Source of the DNA: Azolla caroliniana
Taxonomy: Eukaryota > Plantae > Polypodiophyta
Direction of reading: 5' to 3'
Length of the DNA: 64,000 nucleotides
Assembly (NCBI GenBank): GCA_043228905.1
Contig: JBHGNT010000014.1
Coordinates: 16,864,001 to 16,928,000 of the forward strand
Shown in pieces: positions 61,301 to 64,000 of the stretch (within the stretch, counting starts at the first letter, position 1; every line of letters begins with the position of its first letter). Below the pieces are notes generated by a model. That model saw only the letters and a list, made by a program, of their open reading frames with translations. It was not told the origin of the DNA and did not search any database. A program made the translations under genes and the position numbers.

Positions 61301-63593
61301 GATACCGTCGCCGGATGCCGACGCCGACGCCGGATCACCGGCTCCATCTCCGGTCCGGTTTTGGTTGGCCAAAACCCTTTTCGAGTAGCTAGCCACCTCC
61401 ACTCTTAGTTCAAGTTACCTTTAACTCTCTATGCTCCACACATAGACACAAAGATAATATCTTTTGCTCCACCTTATATATGATGAGAGCCGTATTTGTC
61501 GTGCCTATGTGGGATATCTCACAATTTTCTCTTTTCTTTTCACAAACTTTATACCCTCATATCTTGACATTTAGTTGTACGTTTCTCGTGTAATAAAGTG
61601 CATTCGAAACCTCCATCATTTTGTACTTAGATATTAAAAATGTTATCTTCACAATTATTGTATTACGTGATTCATACTCGATTTTGTACGTTTTATGGGA
61701 TTTTCACACTATTGCTGAAAATCTTCACGACAGCATAAGCTTTAGCGAGAAAGTACTTAAGATAGATTGGGAAAGAGAGAAGTTGAGATCACACAATTGA
61801 GAGAGATTGATTGAAGTTTTAACTTTAGATTTAAGAAACAAGTTACACGATCAATTTGATAACGAATTTCTTCCTCTTAATTTTCATACAAAAAAACCGT
61901 GTTTTTTCTCCTCCCCCTTCCCTCTTTTATAGATGCTCTCATGCATATGATGCATGTGAGGGTACAAGACATGCATAAATTGCATGTTTGCCATTTGGCG
62001 CTTAAGTATTACATGTGGTGCATGCTAACCATGTCACTCATTTTAGCACTCATGGATGAGAATTTACATGTAAAAGTACAATGATAGAAATATAATTTTA
62101 ACTAAATACCATGGCTTAATGGTAAGCCATTTGACTCCTAACTTGGAGGTGCAAGGTTCGAATCCATACTTGCCCTCCTTGTATATGTATATATTTTTAT
62201 ATATTTATTTTATCTAGTCGCCGGTTCGCCGGATACCGTCGCCGGATGCCGACGCCGACGCCGGATCACCGGCTCCATCTCCGGTCCGGTTTTGGTTGGC
62301 CAAAACCCTTTTCGAGTAGCTAGCCACCTCCACTCTTAGTTCAAGTTACCTTTAACTCTCTATGCTCCACACATAGACACAAAGATAATATCTTTTGCTC
62401 CACCTTATATATGATGAGAGCCGTATTTGTCGTGCCTATGTGGGATATCTCACAATTTTCTCTTTTCTTTTCACAAACTTTATACCCTCATATCTTGACA
62501 TTTAGTTGTACGTTTCTCGTGTAATAAAGTGCATTCGAAACCTCCATCATTTTGTACTTAGATATTAAAAATGTTATCTTCACAATTATTTTATTACGTG
62601 ATTCATACTCGATTTTGTACGTTTTATGGGATTTTCACACTATTGCCGAAAATCTTCACGACAGCATAAGCTTTAGCGAGAAAGTACTTAAGATAGATTG
62701 GGAAAGAGAGAAGTTGAGATCACACAATTGAGAGAGATTGATTGAAGTTTTAACTTTAGATTTAAGAAACAAGTTACACGATCAATTTGATAACGAATTT
62801 CTTCCTCTTAATTTTCATACAAAAAAACCGTGTTTTTTCTCCTCCCCCTTCCCTCTTTTATAGATGCTCTCATGCATATGATGCATGTGAGGGTACAAGA
62901 CATGCATAAATTACATGTTTGCCATTTGGCGCTTATGTATTACATGTGGTGCATGATAACCATGTCACTCATTTTAGCTCTCATGTATGAGAATTTACAT
63001 GTAAAAGTACAATGATAGAAATATAATTTTAACTAAATAGCATGGCTTAATGGTAAGCCAATTGACTCCTAACTTGGATGTGCAAGGTTCGAATCCTTAC
63101 TTGCCCTTCTTGTATATGTAAATATGTATATATATTTATATATTTATTTATCAAGTCGTCGGACGCCGGTTCGCCGGATGCCGTCAATTACCGTTGCCGT
63201 CGCCGGATTGGCGCCGGATCACCAGCTCCATCGCCGGTCCGATTTTGGTTGGCCAAAACCCTTTACGAGTAGCTAGCCCACCTCCACTCTTAGTTCAAGT
63301 TACCTTTAACTCTCTATGCTCCACCTTATATATGATGAGAGCTGTATTTGTCGTGCCTATGTGGGATATCTCACAATTTTCTCTTTTCCTTTTACAAACT
63401 TTATACCCTCATATCTTGACATTTAGTTGTACGTTTCTCGTGTAATAAAGTGCATTCGAAACCTCCATCATTTTGTACTTAGATATCAAATCTATTTAAA
63501 ATGTTATCTTCACAATTATTGTACTACGTGATTCATACTCGATTTCGTACGTTTTATGGGATTTTCACACTATTGCCGAAAATCTTCACGACA
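52321..63593 (-). repeat. Head-to-tail array of 12 LTR copies, 939-bp period
   Basis: Full LTR 52321-53281; further units end in CTTCACGACA at 54220, 55159, 56098, 57037, 57976, 58915, 59854, 60793, 61732, 62663 (931 bp) and 63593 (diverged). The recurring 61-aa ORF confirms the 939-bp spacing. Confidence 0.95.
52715..52816 (+). ncRNA. tRNA-like Pol III unit (consensus A and B boxes, T5 terminator), repeated in every array unit
   Basis: A box TGGCTTAATGG 52722-52732; B box GGTTCGAATCC 52765-52775; hairpin ATGGCTTA-ATGG-TAAGCCAT; loop-like CTCCTAA; TTTTT at 52812-52816. No acceptor stem, so not a functional tRNA. Confidence 0.65.
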
Positions 63594-64000
63594 CCGTGAC
63601 CGAGCTATAGTCGTTCTTCATCGCAGAGATGGCTTCTACCTTAGCCGGAGACGGTTTCCGGCCGTACGGCCTGCATAGGTGTCCGACGACCATGATCTCT
63701 AATTGCCCGAAGGCCGACTTTCCCCCGGAGAAGGTGAGCCTCGCACTCTCCAACCTCTGCAGCACCTTCTCGCAGTCATCGATGTGCGCCGGCACGAATT
63801 TCCGGCATCCGTCCGGTCCGATCATCTCGTCCCTTTCCTCCACCGCGCATCCCTTGATCGGGACATCGTCCAAAAACGGCATGGTGATGTCCGGGATACA
63901 ATCCCTCAGCACTTTGTTCATTGTGTTCACCATGTGAGCCACCGAGTTCGTCCCTCCTTGCGGCAGGGTACACATTTGTACTAGGCCGAGAGGAGTTCGC
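63594..64000 (-). pseudogene. pol: RT of element F (continuation, runs off the window)
   Basis: MCTLPQGGTNSVAHM...PFLDDVPIKG. Confidence 0.9.

Larger units (their letters stand above)
49416..63593 (-). mobile_element. Gag-only non-autonomous element G with composite 3' LTR region and tandemly amplified 5' LTR
   Basis: 4-bp TSD CCGT (49412-49415 / 63594-63597); U5 stub 49416-49508; second LTR 49509-50154; PPT GGGGGTGGA; perfect tRNA-Trp PBS 52295-52312; LTR array from 52321. Confidence 0.85.

Noticed and set aside
53448-63015. Tandem gene family of 61-aa peptides (MFFLLPLPSF...)
   Set aside because: The ORF overlaps the LTR TATA/RY region, uses a GTG start, and its His/Met richness simply reflects CATG repeats.

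Overview
This window is eukaryotic, almost certainly non-seed land-plant, heterochromatin made entirely of nested and decayed LTR retrotransposons; no host gene is visible. It holds four kinds of element: (i) Ty3/Gypsy chromoviruses of the self-priming Tcn1/Tf1 type, with a group-I chromodomain and no tRNA PBS; (ii) a tRNA-Trp-primed non-chromoviral Gypsy family with a DHG protease and an apparent -1 frameshift between protease and RT; (iii) a complete RT-less element with a tRNA-Asp PBS that encodes Gag and two protease-like domains; (iv) Ty1/Copia remnants and solo LTRs. There is also a hAT-type MITE and several internal minisatellites. From 52321 to 63593 the 5' LTR of a gag-only element is amplified into 12 head-to-tail copies with a 939-bp period. 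The most striking pattern is that LTRs of five distinct families from two Gypsy lineages carry a tRNA-gene-like Pol III promoter (A box + B box at tRNA spacing, with hairpins) in U3, antisense to the element; the array multiplies this module 12-fold. All coordinates were read by eye and may be off by a few bases. Lineage names are inferences from protein motifs, not database results.
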